DNA from: the human T2T-CHM13v2.0 reference genome, Homo sapiens
Strand: one strand, 5' to 3'
Length of the DNA stretch: 64,000 nt
Assembly: GCF_009914755.1 (NCBI RefSeq)
Contig: NC_060929.1
Below, one piece after another: positions 47,271 to 63,293 of the stretch. The notes beneath the pieces were generated by a model, which was not told the origin of the DNA, searched no databases, and worked only from the letters and a program-made list of their open reading frames with translations. The translations under genes and the position numbers were made by a program. Each line of letters opens with the position of its first letter. The first letter of the stretch is position 1.

Positions 47271-48440
47271 TATGGGAGCATGGAAAAAGGAGAGTTTGTC
47301 TTCAGCTTACATAGACCAAAACACATGAACTAAAGGAAGAGTGGAATTTAGCTTGTTTATGATGCTTCTGCATTTGAGTGTTTGAGCTGCAGTTTCTCTT
47401 GACTAATAGTATTCTCTCCATGCTCTTCTTTACTCCATGACACACTTTTACCTCAACTTCTAACATTTCCTCTATTTTCTTTCTCTCTTTTGTTTCTTAA
47501 GACATCTTTCAAGACCCAGTTCACTTTTTCTCTCAAATGCAAAGCTTGGGCCTCCTTTAATTTTCCTCCTCTCTCCTCCCAGACCTAGGAGGTTAAATTA
47601 ATATAGTGTGAATGTGACGAATAACATCCTGCATTCTTGTACTAGAATAAAAACTGGTAATCAGACAAAGCACACTGCAGCATAGTTTGAAAATACCCAT
47701 GTGGATATATTTGCATATACTGAAAGAACATATACTAAATTCTCATACTTTAAGAAGACACATGTGAATAAGAACATCAACAAAGTGTACTGTTCATCTC
47801 CATTAACAAGAAATCTTGGAACTTGGTATTTTTTTCCTTCACAGACAGCTTGACTTGGTTTGATTCAAGTGCTGCTTTCTGAATTCAGTGCAGGTGCTAA
47901 TTAGTACGAAGGCACATAAATCTAGAGAGGAAGGTAAATGGGAAACATATGGAAATAGAAATGTAACCAAAAGTTCTTTTTGATGATATACATGGTTCAA
48001 CAAGTTTTAAAACAAAACTGCAAGCTGATGGATGGTAATATTCTACATCGCTTATATTGAAACAAAGCTGCCAATGTGATTGTCTAGTTGTTCACTACTT
48101 GAATATTTATAAAGTTTACAGTTCACATGTGGCATTTCCATAAGCTGCCTTGATTAATGAATTTAATTGTAAATGTTATGAGCTGATTTCTTAAACTGTA
48201 TTTCATTTTGTTTATATGCTTGGTGTAAAAGTAAATTTTCAGACTGAATAATACCCAGCAGATTTGAATCAGGGACAAAGCTCTCAAGCTGCGTGGTGTG
48301 AGCAGTGCATAGTGAATGTGGCTGCACAGCAAGTATTGTGTTTGGCCAAAGTAAATATGGGGCTCAGTGCCAGATTTCCTGAGCCAGTCTAGGCCCCGAG
48401 TTCACCCAAAAATTCATTCAGGGGACTTCTTAAACAATCA

Positions 48441-48863
<423 letters not shown>

Positions 48864-49064
48864 TTACTGGTCACCTTCCCCAGCCCCCTGGGTATCTATT
48901 TTGTCTTGCAAAAAGATGAAATAGAACAAATATGGTATTGATTCTGGGCCACTAATCTCCTGTCCTACTCCTGGGACTACCTGTTATTACTCTCTCTGTA
49001 TATATCTCTCTTTATATTTTCTTATAACTGTTGACAGCCCCAAAGTTCCAGACCTTAAAATGCT

Positions 49065-49170
49065 CCATTTCTATATATTAGAAATTTCTATATATTAGAA
49101 ATTTCTATATATTCTATATACATATATATTCTATATATCCATTTCTATATATTAGATCATATATATATCC
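49065..49170. repeat. AT-rich 17-bp minisatellite
   Basis: atttctatatattagaa repeated, decaying into (TA)n. Confidence 0.85.
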
Positions 49171-50254
49171 CTACTCATTTCTGCAATTATCATCCCCAAA
49201 TCAGAGCAAAGTCCATTAATTTAATGGACATTAACATTTTTTGCTGTAGTAAAAAGGGCTTAAATAAGGATTCTTTTCTGAGTCATAAAAAATTAGATGT
49301 ACTTAAAGATTTTCAATATATGTGTGTGTGTGTTATGTGTGTGTGTGTCTCTCTCTATATATAATTTTGACTTAATCTGCAAATGCAGCAGTTTTGCATG
49401 TACACAGGTGAAGATGAATTTCCTTTTATAACTTTTACTACATGTCATCCATACTAGTTTAGCTTAGTATAAGCAAGAAAAGTATAATATTGTAGACATT
49501 TACACAATTCACTTCATTCTCCCTGTCCTTAGGTAATTTATGATATCAGCTTTAGCAATCTCTGAGGAACCCAATCTACACCCTTTTCAATTTTAAAAAA
49601 TACTCACTTATTCCCACTTTTTTAAAAAAACCAATTTCTCTGCCTCTCAAAACATAGGTGTTCACACCTATTTCATTTTGATTCAACTTTAAAAAATAGC
49701 CTTTGGTACAAAACTTTTGAGTTATTTAAGGATGTGGTATCTACAGTCTTTTTTTTTTTAATTCAAAATTGGTTTGCTCTTTATCCCAAAGAATCCAAAA
49801 AGCTAAACATCATGTTCTCTTTGGATGTTATTTTCTATAATATGTTAAGTGTCTGAAAATGTGAAAAATTTAAGCAAGCACACAGGCACTTGGTTAATAA
49901 AGTGGGAATGTGTTCATCTGTGAAATACTTCTTATACATACTTATTTCCATCATATTTGGAGAGGATTTTTCTAACACAGCATCTTAATGGATTATTAGT
50001 AGACCTGACTCTAGGCTTAGTTACTGCCTAAGACAAGCCCATCTTACAAAAGAGGCTTGGGCACCTCTTCCCAGGGAAAATGCTTCCTTTCAAAGTTAAT
50101 GAACAAGGAAGCTCTAGCTGTCTCTGGAAACCATAATGTAAGTTTGAGCAGTGCAATCACGTAGTCTTGAAAAAATGTTAGCGTCATGCAAATATAATCT
50201 TCATGCCTAGAGCATCTCTGACCAAAGTATAGTGAGCCCTAGTCTCAAGGTACC

Positions 50255-50883
<629 letters not shown>

Positions 50884-51043
50884 AGAATCAATCTTAAATG
50901 AGGGCTCAGCTCTTCCAGTGGTGTCTGTGCTAAGAAAGGGGAAGAAAACCAGGCAGAGTAGGGGCCCCATTGCTCAAGGAGAGAAACTTATTCCCACTGT
51001 CTTTTTAAAGAGAAGCAGGAATTTTTTATTTAGAGTCATTGAA

Positions 51044-51130
51044 AGAAATGATTGTTTGAAACAATAATACGCAGAGGTATGACTATTGCCAGAAATGATT
51101 GTTTCAAACAATAATATGCAGTGGTATGAG
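51044..51130. repeat. 47-bp tandem duplication, each unit containing a palindrome
   Basis: agaaatgattgttt(g/c)aaacaataata(c/t)gcag(a/t)ggtatga at 51044 and 51091. Confidence 0.9.
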
Positions 51131-51606
51131 TAAACAAACTTTCATCTTGTATATTAAAGTACTGGTAATTTTAGGCTTCAAGCTAGAAAAAAATATTCAG
51201 GATTATAGTGATTGTAATAAAAATATGAAAGATTTCTAATATTCTGGGGATTCTTGTCTCTCCCTTTTGAAAGCTTTCAAGGAAAAATACTGCATTGAAA
51301 AAAATGTTCCATATTTATTTTACTATTTATGAATTAAACAATGTTGGGACAATATGAATTTTAATCAAAGCAATACTTTTCAAGAAGAGAGAACTGTACA
51401 AACTATTTATCTTTTCCATTTTGTCTATCAACATGTTTGGACAATGAAAACTTTACATATGTAATTTTAAAGTTTAAATTATGCTTATGACCATTTCATG
51501 TAAGTTTCTTTCAAAATAGTATTTGTTTTAAGGCTTTATTTGTTATATAAAAGAGTAAAATAGTGCTACAAAAATTTGTGTATGTTGATTAATTTGGTTT
51601 ACATGC

Positions 51607-52301
<695 letters not shown>

Positions 52302-52619
52302 CATATGCCTTTCTGATCCTGCCATACACTCTAAACAGCATTAAAAGGTATTTTACTTTTAGAAACCATCCACATTCAGGTAGGTCAAGTGTTAAAAGCA
52401 TAGCCATCACGACTTTTATGATAGTATAAATAGAAAATAGGATTTTTATAACTTAAGTTGTCTCCTGTCAAAAATGCAGTTCAACTCAACAGATAATGTA
52501 TTGAGCACTGACTATACCAACAAAGAAATAAACATGTTATGGTCACAATTATTAAGGAGCTTTCTACCTAAAGTGGCAGGAGGAGTCTCTGAGGGATAAT
52601 AGAGAGAGGTGACATTCAC

Positions 52620-52850
52620 TGACAGTTTTCTACTTTGCAACTCTTGTTTACTAATTTCATATGCACCATTACATTTAATCCTAATAAAAATCATAAAGTA
52701 GCTACTATTAGTAAGTTCATTTGCTTAGCTACTATTATTAAGTCCTCAGGTGAGGAAACTGAGGCAGAGTGGGGTTAAGTAACCTGCCTAAGGTCCAAAG
52801 TAAGTGGTAATCTGACTTTCAAGTTTGTACTTTGTACTTCAAGCCATCAC
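52620..52850 (-). mobile_element. MIR
   Basis: caggtgaggaaactgaggcagag...ggttaagtaacctgcctaaggtc. Confidence 0.8.
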
Positions 52851-54221
52851 ACTGTAAAGACCTCCCCACCATCATCAGTAACCAAAGATTGTGATAAATG
52901 ATTTTATTTCTATGCACTAGGAACACAGAGGAGGAAATGATGATTTATCCCAACTTGGAGGAATCTGGAAAGTCGGTAGATACCAAATCGATTCTACACT
53001 GGACTTAGAAAGACAGAGAGAAAATTCATACATGGAGGGAAACATTTCAGATGAAGAGATTAGTCAACAAAATTGGGAAATCTATAAAGAATATTTCCCT
53101 AGAAAATTTCTGTGCAATTTTAGAACATAAGGAAAATTTCTACATTCCAATTTTTGCCACCTATCTGTCATCCCCAGGGAGCAGCTAACCCTTTAGAAAT
53201 GGTGAAATCTCTGAAATCTCCCTTTTCTGGGGCAGCAACAGGCTTCTGGAGCCATACCAAAACACTATGGGACTCAGAAGTTTTGAGGTGGCTATCTGGT
53301 CTCCTGCACCATTGCTTTGAAATAGGATTCAGAAAATTTGTAGCTGGAACACCTTGTACTGCACACTTAATGCCTCAAATTCAAGTGATTTTCCTCAGGT
53401 TCAAAGTCCTGACCCTGCTCAGATTAATTCAGTGGATTTGATTGCTAGCACTAAGGCAGAGGAAAACATTACAGTTTGAGAAGATACTTCCATAATTATT
53501 GATATGTCTCTAAACTAATGTGTCATTTACTCTTAACGCTGAAAGTTTTAAAGTCGTGATTTCCTATCTCTGTTCAATTAAGGGTAGAACACTATGGAAA
53601 TGTCTTCAGAGTAAACATGATGTTGAGAAAGAAATCATAGCATCAAACAGCTTTTGGAATCCTACAGTGAAACACTATACTCACTTTAAAGTTTGAAAAA
53701 GCTCAATGGAGTAATCTTTTAGCATTCAACAGACATTTTAAACTTGTACTGAGAGCAGGGCTCCTACTATGTGCCAAGACTCTAACTAAATGATTTTATA
53801 GAAATTATCTATGTCCTCACACTTATGTGAGGTAGCTATTCTTACATTCATTTGATAGGTCAGGAAACAGGATTCCTAAGAAAATAACTTGCTTAAAGTC
53901 CCCTAACTCACACATGATAGATTAAGGAATTGAACTCTCTTTTCTTCCATATTGTAATTAACAAAAATGTTTGAAGCTATATGATTCTTCCCTTAAAACG
54001 TTTTCTAGATAGATGTAAAAGGAGATATATATATATATATATATATAAATAAGCATTCATATAAAAGATAATAATTTTGCGCATTTTATGGGGCTGCCAT
54101 TATGCAAATTAGTTAACTTTTGGCTGGTTGACCCAAGACAACTGCAGGACTGCAGAATTCCTCTGAGAGACTGAAGTGCTATCAAGCTTAGGAAAACACT
54201 TAAAAACCTATTTGATTATAG

Positions 54222-54491
<270 letters not shown>

Positions 54492-54869
54492 AAAGTTTAA
54501 ACAGTAACAAAAGAGGGGAAATTACTGCATAACGAAGTAAAAGGCATTGAGTTTTGTCATTTTTGTGAGGGTTATGATACTGGTAGAAGAGATGCAAGAG
54601 GAAGTACCTGGAGGTGAGGAGTTCTGTGTCCATGGACAGACTTGGTCAGGGAGTGTCTGATACATGTCTAAGGGCTGTGGTTCTATCACTCTAATTCCAG
54701 TTGATTCCTGCTTCTGCTATAATTGCCCTGCATAATCCCCAAAACTTTCAATAAAATTTTATTACTGACAACAACCTGCTGTGAGTGGTGTTTGGAGGAA
54801 TAATGGAGAAGAGATGGAGCCTTGAAGTTTCAGACAGTGGCAGATATTTGCATAGATCTATAATATATA

Positions 54870-55680
54870 GTGCAGCATGGGCTGTCTTCTAAATAGCAAA
54901 GAATATGCATTATAGCAGTGCAGAGGAGGGACCAATCACTTTCAGGTAAGGGATTAGAGAATATACCACAAAAGTTGTAGCATTTCGTGTAGGCCTTAAA
55001 AGATATGCAACATTTGAATAAGCAAAGATTGGTACGAGATCTTTAGATTCAGAGTGAAATGGCATGGAGGTTGGGAGTTTCCAGGCACATTCTGGAAACA
55101 GGATTCAGGCAAACTTAAGTCAACCACATATTTAAAAGCAATGGAAGATATAGGTACAAAAAAATATTGAAGTTGGAGAGACGACAATTTTCAATGTCAG
55201 AATAAAGAGTTAAAAATTTATTCCACCGTAAATATAATCACTGAAAATTTTGATAAAGGGAACAATATAACCTGGTGGTTGTGGGCAGATGGCTTGGGGC
55301 CTAACAGTAAGAAGTATATGAATTCTGGTTTTTGACATGTTGAGTTTAAAGGGCTGTGAGGTCATAAGTATCCAATCCATTGGGCATAGAAGAATAAAAC
55401 TTAGAAAAGACTTTGGAATGAAAGACACTGATGCAGAAGTGTATAGAGAGCTGAATTTAATGTTTGAATATGTGGCAGTGGATGGGAGTTCCCAAGGAGA
55501 AGAAAGTAAGAGAGATGAGAAAATGTCAGAGAACAGGATTTGGGCATGACTTAGGGGTTGAGAAATGGAGACTCAAGACAGTAAAAGTCAGAAAACAAGG
55601 AGAGCTTTTTAGGAAGGTTGAGGTGATTTAATGTGTTATGGAAGATAAAAACTGAAAAAAGTCAGAGGAGTACTACTTCC
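54870..55680 (-). mobile_element. L2 fragment
   Basis: gaattctggtttttgacatgttgagtttaaagg and related motifs. Confidence 0.6.
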
Positions 55681-55944
55681 TCATTTGATAAAAAAGGGGT
55701 AAAAAATAAAGACATTGTGAATGATTTAGGAATACACAACATACAGAGAAATGAACCGAAGCATTTTAAGTTTAAAATGTGTGTAATTCAATTCTTGCAA
55801 AGTTGGCTTTTAATTTATTTTCCCTTTGTATTAAAGAAGTTTGCATCCAGAACACATTTTAGTGAATACAAAAATGGGTAGATAAAAACAAAAATAGCAA
55901 AAAATCTTTAAGTCACTATTGCTAAAACCAACTATATCCTTGTT

Positions 55945-56726
55945 ACTTAAAGAGTAGTCTGAGGACCAGCAGATTTAGCATCGTTTAGGAGCTTGTTAGA
56001 AATGCAGCACTTCATCCATGTCCCTACAAAGGACATGAACTCATCATTTTTTATGGCTGCATAGTATTCCATGGTGTATATGTGCCACATTTTCTTAATC
56101 CAGTCTATCATTGGTGGACATTTGGGTTGGTTCCAAGTCTTTGCTATTGTGAATAGTGCCACAATAAACATACCTGTGCATGTGTCTTTATAGCAGCATG
56201 TTTTATAATCCTTTGGGTATATACCCAGTAACAGAATGGCTGGGTCAAATGGTATTTCTAGTTCTAGATCCCTGAGGAATTGCCACACTGACTTCCATGA
56301 TGGTTGAACTAGTTTACAGTCCCACCAACGGTGTAAACCATCATTCTCAGCAAACTATCGCAAGGACAAAAAACCAAACACCGCATGTTCTCACTCATAG
56401 GTGGGAATTGAACAATGAGAACACATGGACACGGGAAGGGGAACATTACACACCGGGGCCTGTTGTGGGGTAGGGGGAAGGGGGAGGGATAGCATTAGGA
56501 GATATACCTAATGTTAAATGACGAGTTAATGGGTGCAGCACACCAACGTGGCACGTGTATACATATGTAACTAACCTGCATGTTGTGCACATGTACCCTA
56601 AAACTTAAAGTCTAAAAAAAAAGAAAAGAAATGCAGCACTTCAGTCCCATTCTAGACCCCCTGATCAGCATCTGAATTTTAATGTGATCCTCAGGTGATT
56701 CATTTATTAATGTTTGAGAAGCACTG
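55945..56726. mobile_element. MER5A interrupted by an L1
   Basis: gaccagcag...ggagcttgttagaaatgcag before; ctcaggtgattc...tttgagaagcactg after. Confidence 0.85.
56015..56626 (+). mobile_element. 5'-inverted (twin-primed) L1PA with 17-bp TSD
   Basis: 56015-56337 antisense ORF2 end; 56335-56626 sense 3' UTR plus tail; TSD agaaatgcagcacttca at 55998-56014 and 56627-56643. Confidence 0.94.
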
Positions 56727-57259
56727 CTGCACAAAATACTATTTTGTCATACATATAAGCTTAATGATATACATGATATGATACATGAGATGTTCAATAA
56801 TCTGTCTATAGATTCCTGCCTTCACATTGTGAGATAATAACTGGGTTCTGAGACTGGATTTTAGTGCTCAGGTCTGCCACTCCATAGCTGTGAGAAAAAT
56901 CTCACTCTCCCATCTTTCAGTTTCATTGCAAAAGCAGTAGTCACATCCAATCCTATATTGTTATTTTAAATAAATCATGTTTAAGGGATATGGCCCCTGC
57001 TCCTTAGAATCTGTAATGTAACATTGACATCATGATAGGGAGAAAGACATTCATGGCATATATTAAATAAAAGCAAAATGCACAATGCATGTATCTTTTA
57101 ATGACAAAATAAAGATAAAAATGGCTTAGAAAAAACATTTTTAGAGTTCCAAGGATGAGGAGAAACTGCTATTATTTGTTCCTCCATCATGTAGTTCAAA
57201 GTTTTCTGGAGAGAATAGTCTCTTACTTAATGCAAAAGAGGAAGCTCAGCAAACCTCTA

Positions 57260-57500
57260 ATGATGGCAGTAAATAGCATATTTGGAATGCTTACTACCTG
57301 GCAGATGAATTGTCATGCATATCTCCTTTAATCCTCACAACAACCTGAAGAGACAAGCAGCACTAGTTATCATCCCCATTTACAGATAGGAAAATGGAGG
57401 CTTAGATACATTAGTCACTGGCTCAAGGTAATAGAGTTTACAAGAGGTGGAACTGAAATCCAAACCAGGTCTGTCAAACATGGAAAGTAGAATTCTTAAG
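57260..57500 (-). mobile_element. MIR
   Basis: tttaatcctcacaacaacctgaag ... catccccatttacagataggaaaatggaggc. Confidence 0.8.
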
Positions 57501-57646
57501 TATCCTCAATGAGGAATTAGAGATAGACATAAAATAATATATACGCTAACATATATGGACATAAAATAATATAAACTAACATATATTAAATCCTTGTAAA
57601 CACACTATCATATAGGCACTGTTATTATCCCTGCTTTATAGGTGAG

Positions 57647-58016
57647 TGTATTAGTCAGCTTAGGTTGTCATAACAAAATACCATAGAATGGGTAGTTAAA
57701 CAACATTTATTTTCTCACAGTTCTAGAGGCTGCAAGTCTGAGATCTGTGTGTCAGCATGGTCAGGTTCTGGTGAAGACTCTTTTCCAGTTTGCAGATAGC
57801 TACCTTCTCACTGTGTCCTCACAAGGACTTTCCCTGGTGCAGGCAAGTAGAGAAAGAAAAAGAGAAAACTCTTCCCCTTCTTATAAGGCCACTAATCCTA
57901 TTGAATTAAGACCCTACATTTATGACTTCATTTAACTTTACCTCCTAAAGGCCCTCTCTCCTCACACAGTTGCCTCAACATTTGAATTTGGGGGGAACAC
58001 AAATCTGTCCATAGCA
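57647..58016 (-). mobile_element. MaLR LTR (MLT1A-like) inserted into a MIR
   Basis: tgtattagtcagc ... gtccatagca; 5-bp TSD gtgag/gtaag; MIR continues on both sides. Confidence 0.88.
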
Positions 58017-59124
58017 GTAAGAATCACTATCCAAGAATGATTACATAACTTTCTCAAGGTCACACAGTGGTGAATGATGGAGTTTCAATTTGAATCATGG
58101 CAGGCTGGCTCAAGAGACCATACTTAGCCGCGATCTTATGCTTCCTCTAAGGATCAATGAAAAGAGGGCATATTAGGTATGACATAGCTGTCTCCATTAA
58201 CGGTTTCTCTCTACTCAATACTTTATTGTGATTTCTTGTTTAACAACGTGCTTTTATTCCAATCTAATTTCCTCCCAAATTATCTGTTTTCTATTAGTGG
58301 AACTGTAACAGCATGACTTTTCCTTTTCCAAAACCAGTACAACTAACAAATGTAACATGGGAGAAAATAGGCTAAATTGTATTGACTACGTGCTATTAGC
58401 TTCTAGGGACAGATTTATTAAATGGCACCCTTCAATTGCATTCAGGTTTTCAGAAAACCTATTATTCTATACCATCCTTCACTTTGTATCATTGCTAAGG
58501 GTCTCTTCACTCAGTTAAGTCACTAGAAGTGCCAATTAAAGGTGAAATTAAGGAAGCTCAGTTCACACACTTGCAGGGACACTGGTGTTTACCTGCTAAT
58601 GGATAGACAATGGGCTGAAAAGAGGGATTAAAGCAGTTTTTATTTTCTTAAGTCAGATCCAGCTCTTTCTGGACTGCATATCAACCAATACAGCCTGGAA
58701 TTTTAAAAATGAAGAATATGCAATCCAGCCAAGATGACCAATATGTCTAAAACCATATGCTGAACTGCTTACTCCAAGGATATTTCTACATTATAGGCCA
58801 AAAAGGCTTCAGACAGAAGCATGGATATGCTAATAATCAGGTCTGCCACTCTAATCATCTCCTCTGGTTCCTTGACACACATCCTCCACTTCAAGGAGGC
58901 TGATCACTCCTCACTGCCCTGGGCACACGTTCATACATACTTCTTGATTATGTTTATTTTGTCTTTCCTGCTAGCAAGGCCTACCCATTCAATCTGTCCA
59001 AATTTCATCTTTCAGCCTCGTTCAATTATTAAATATCATATCCTCTTGAATTTTTCTGTCAGCCCTTCAGATTCAATTTTAACTTTAATCACATACAGCT
59101 CTACATTAAAATGTCAGTAAGGAG

Positions 59125-59535
59125 ACTTCTACTGGTCACATGTATCTAATTCTTCTTTCCTCCTCAATGCATGAGATGATTACCTATTTCCCCTTTACAA
59201 ATGGGCAGGACCATGAGACTAGTTATGGCCAATGGATTGTATATGAAGATAAAGTATGTCATTTCCTAGCTGGAATATTTAATTGCCAGAGTGAAACCCT
59301 TCTTAACTTCTCTTCTGCTGGACTTTGAAAATAGACAATATTCCAAGTGGTAGCCTCCGTCAGCCAAGGTCTGTAATAAAGATGAGGTAGGGCGGAGTAT
59401 CCTGTTAAAGCACAAGAATGCAGTGTGCACAAGAAATAAGCCTTTTTGGTGTAAGCCACCAAAATTGATGAGTGTAGCTATGTGTGTGTGTAGTAAGGAG
59501 TGTTAATATAGTTGAACCTAACTTATTCTAACTAA
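59125..59535 (+). mobile_element. MaLR LTR (old MLT1)
   Basis: gggcaggaccatgagactagttatggccaatgg; aagaaataagcctttttggtgtaagccac. Confidence 0.7.
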
Positions 59536-59574
59536 AGTATCTTCTGCTTTGAGATTATATATTTTATGCTTCTA

Positions 59575-61110
59575 AGGGTCTTCATTTATTCTACACTCAA
59601 CAAATATTTATCAGAGCACCTACTGTGGGTCAGTGAATGGCCTAGGCACTGAGGACACAATGGCAAGCAAAACATATAAAGCCCTTGAGCTAATGGTGAT
59701 TATATCTAGTGAGGAAGATAAATGCACTCCAAATAATTACATGAATAAATACAAATTTTAAACCAAAGTCAGTGCCTTGAAGAAAAAATACATCTGACCT
59801 CGTGAGGAGGACTGTGCTGAGGTGTCAGAGAAGGCCTCTCTGAGGAAGAGATTTCTGAGCGGTGTTACAAAGACAAACGAAGGGCAAATTAGGTAAAGTC
59901 TGGCAGGGGTGAGGAGAAGAGTATTTCAGGTAGAGGATGCAGCAGGTCTGCATGTTTTCAGGCAGTGGGGAGCATAACTAATGTGAAGGAAGGAAGGAAA
60001 GCAGACGGGGGTACCTAACTGTAGAGGACCTTGTAGGCCAACCTAAGGATTGTGAACTTTATCCTAAGAGAAAATGGAATGGAAGTGACGGAAGAATTTA
60101 AAGATGGTAGAAAGAGGGTATCATCACACCTTCACTGTGACATGGGGAAGTTCCCTCTCAAGTTTAGCTTCTAATATAAAAACTCATGACACCAATTCTT
60201 TGGTATGATCAGAGAAGGATTTTTATTACTCATACAAGTGGACAGTCCCATATCAAGGAATGGGGACCAGCTCTCTGGAAGGAAGTCCATAACAGAGAGA
60301 GAAAGAGCATAGGGTGCACAGGCCTTTTATGAGAGAAGTCCCTCTGGTGGCACCTGGAAGAGACAACTAGAGAACCCCCGCACTTGGAGGGTGAGGAGGC
60401 TGTGCTTTATCATGGAGCTTCAGGAAGTGACAGATCCAGGCATGAAATGAGGTTTAGAGGTTACTAGCATCAACTCAAGCACCACAGGAGTTTCGGTTTC
60501 TTTCCTATGGTCTCCATAGAAGAAGGGGGAGGCACATACCATGATTAGATTTGAATTTCAAAGGATTTTTTCTGGCTACAGTGTAGAGATTAGATTGGAT
60601 ACCAGTTAGGAGGGTGCTCCTAATTTGGGCACCAGATAGGAGACTTGTGCAGTAATCCATGTGAGAGATGATGGCAGATTACACTACAGTACTGGTGGTG
60701 GAGGTAGAGAGAGGAGGACACAAACGAAAGGTATTTAAATGGGTTTGGTTTTCAATATGATGGGGTGGGGTGATAAGCAGGGAGCTGTTAGAGATTTATC
60801 TCAGAGTTTTGATTTTGAAAGTAGATGTTTGATGGTATCATTCACTGAAATAGAGAACACTGGGAGATAGAGGGAGTTAATTTTTGGTAGTATTTAATCA
60901 AAAGTGCCTTTGAGACATATGGATAGAGATTTCAAAAAGGCTGAATGATACACAGGTCGGGAGCTCAGAGGGAAGGCCTAAGTTGAAGATAAAATGTGTG
61001 AGTCCTGTATACATGACAGGGAATTAAAACTAGGTGTAGAGATATTAACTTGAGAAAAAATAGGTGGATCTATGACTTGAGGGACTTGAACATTTAGAGG
61101 ACATGACACA
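59575..61110 (-). mobile_element. L2, interrupted at about 60137-60530 by an LTR-like insert
   Basis: caacaaatatttatcagagcacctactgtg start; L2 resumes at catgattagatttg. Confidence 0.75.
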
Positions 61111-61154
61111 TTGCACACTGGCTGCATTCATTCTCCTCTCCATCTCTCTATTAA

Positions 61155-62557
61155 ATCCAACATCTGGGTCCCTCTCACCCATAGTTTCTGCCATCTGGTT
61201 CTTTTATCCTGTGTATGGGTTATATTTTTTGTTTCTTTCCATGCTTTGTGATCTTTGGTTGGAAAGTGGATATTGCAGATAATATACTGTAGCAACTCTT
61301 CTTACTCCCCCTACCACCACCCAGGGCTTGCTATTATTCTTTGGTTGTTTAGTGAGGGGCTGGATTATTTTAATAAGTATATTTCCTTCACAGTCAGGTG
61401 AGTTAATTTCCCTCAGTTAAGTCACTGAGTTTGCTATCAGGGAGGTACATCTTTGGGTATGTCCACAGACAGCCCAGCCGGCATGAGAGTGATGTTCGTG
61501 TGATTGTCCTTCACTCTTTCCTTAACCACATTCAGCTGTTCAACTCCACTAACTGGTGAACAATTGCTGTGTTATTTTCAACAGTGCTTTACAACCTTAT
61601 ATTGTTCAACACACTAATACAATCGAATTGTGTCTCCTTTGAAGAAATAGTTCGAAGTCAGGGCTCCTCCCAGCTGTGTTATTTCTCTGGTTCTCTCCTG
61701 CAAACTAGTCTGCAATTTAGCCTGTATCTTGACTCTCCTCCCAATTGCCTTTCACCATAGCTTCCACTGTTCTTGAGCGCACTCTAAGGCTTGAACTTTT
61801 CCATACTTTGTTGCAAATGAAGCCATGCCCTTTGGGAAGAGATTAAGAATATTTATTTTATGATGGATTATTGCCCCCGCCACCACCAGGCAAAATCTCT
61901 AAGCCATGTTTCTCAAGATGGAGGTGGAGAAAATGGAGAGGTTCTTCCTGCATGACTGCATGAAACTCCCACTCTAGGAGCTTAGCTTAGTTGGGAGGTG
62001 GCAGCACTCTAATATCTTCTATATTTATCTCTCCTGGTGTGGAACCCCCACCTCAGGAGGCCAGGCAAGGATGATGAGGCCTCTGTATTCTTAGCATGCA
62101 GTGCCTAAGGTATCCCCTCCATTCAATGATGGGGGATTTGGCAGGGGAGGAAGCCCCTACCTCTCTACTGTATTCACCAGAGCTTAGCCTTAGCAATGGG
62201 TAACTATGGCCAGGATGAGAAACACTGAAGTTCTGTTCCTTCCAGGAAGAAACCTTCCAGCTGGAGGGGAGAGAGCTCTGTGTTCTTGATTGCACCAGCC
62301 TGGAATGGAAGCTCCATCTCCCTGAACTTGGAAGGGGGTGAGAGGGAGCAGTCTTGGTTTAAATACCACAGGCTTGCCTTTCTTATTGAATTTTCATAAA
62401 TGTTCTTGAATAGATGTTTCTTCATTTGCTATTTGTCCTTAGGATCATTTCCAGAGGATTTAAGTGCTTGGAGTTTTTATTTGTTTGATCATAGTTTTCA
62501 CTAGTTTTACTGGGGAGTGGGTTAAAGGAAGCCCTCAAGATGTTATGCCAAAAGTCT
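61155..62557 (-). mobile_element. Old L1M (L1MC/MD-like) 5' region
   Basis: Antisense old-L1 5' end pattern ending ...gttatgccaaaagtc. Confidence 0.55.
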
Positions 62558-63092
62558 TCTCTCTCTGTATTTCTGCCTTCAGTAGGCTCTTCCCATGTGA
62601 CTCTGGGCATTGGCCAAGAGAGTGCTAGCAAATGTGATATAAGCAAAAGCTTAAGAAAAGCTTGCTCTGTGAGGTTTGCCCTCTGTCAGCATGGAAGCCC
62701 TTTAATCAGCATTTGAAAAAGTCTGAGCTAGTGTCCTGGACACAGTGAGAGAATATGGTAAGAAAGTGGAGAGAAAGGCTGCAGCTATTCCAGGAGACCC
62801 AGGCTTCACAGATCAAGCCGAGAGAGAATAGTGTCAGAGGAGCCAGGAGAAGAACACACTTCAAATTGTGAGAAATCAAGGAAGAGAAGAATTGCAATAT
62901 TCATTACATTTAGAACTATCCAGGTTATTGTTCTTCTTACTAAAAATGATTTTATTGGTAAAATGGGAACAAGAGACAGACTAGAATAGGATCGGCTGTG
63001 ATAGGGAAGTGAGGAATATAGCTAGAGAGAATAGGCAAAACTGGGCAAGTGTGGCTTTGCAAGGGAGACAAGAGATGAGGCAGTCATTAGAA

Positions 63093-63293
63093 TAGTGGTT
63101 CCTAACTGGGGTGGGGGGTGGGCATCTTTCCAGGAGATATTTGGCAATGTCTAGAGACAACTTTGATTGCCACAACTTGTGGGGCGAGGGACACAATATT
63201 TTCATGGGTAAAGAATGCTGCTAAATATCCCAAAACGCACAGAACAGCCCCAAAGTAAAGAATTATCTAGCCCCAAACGTCAAGAGAAACCCT
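63093..63293. mobile_element. MER20 (hAT-Charlie)
   Basis: tttggcaatgtctagagaca ... gctgctaaatatcc ... aaagaattatctagccccaaacgtcaa. Confidence 0.88.

Noticed and set aside
55947-56288. 113-aa ORF resembling the L1 ORF2 C-terminus
   Set aside because: It is the inverted part of the twin-primed L1
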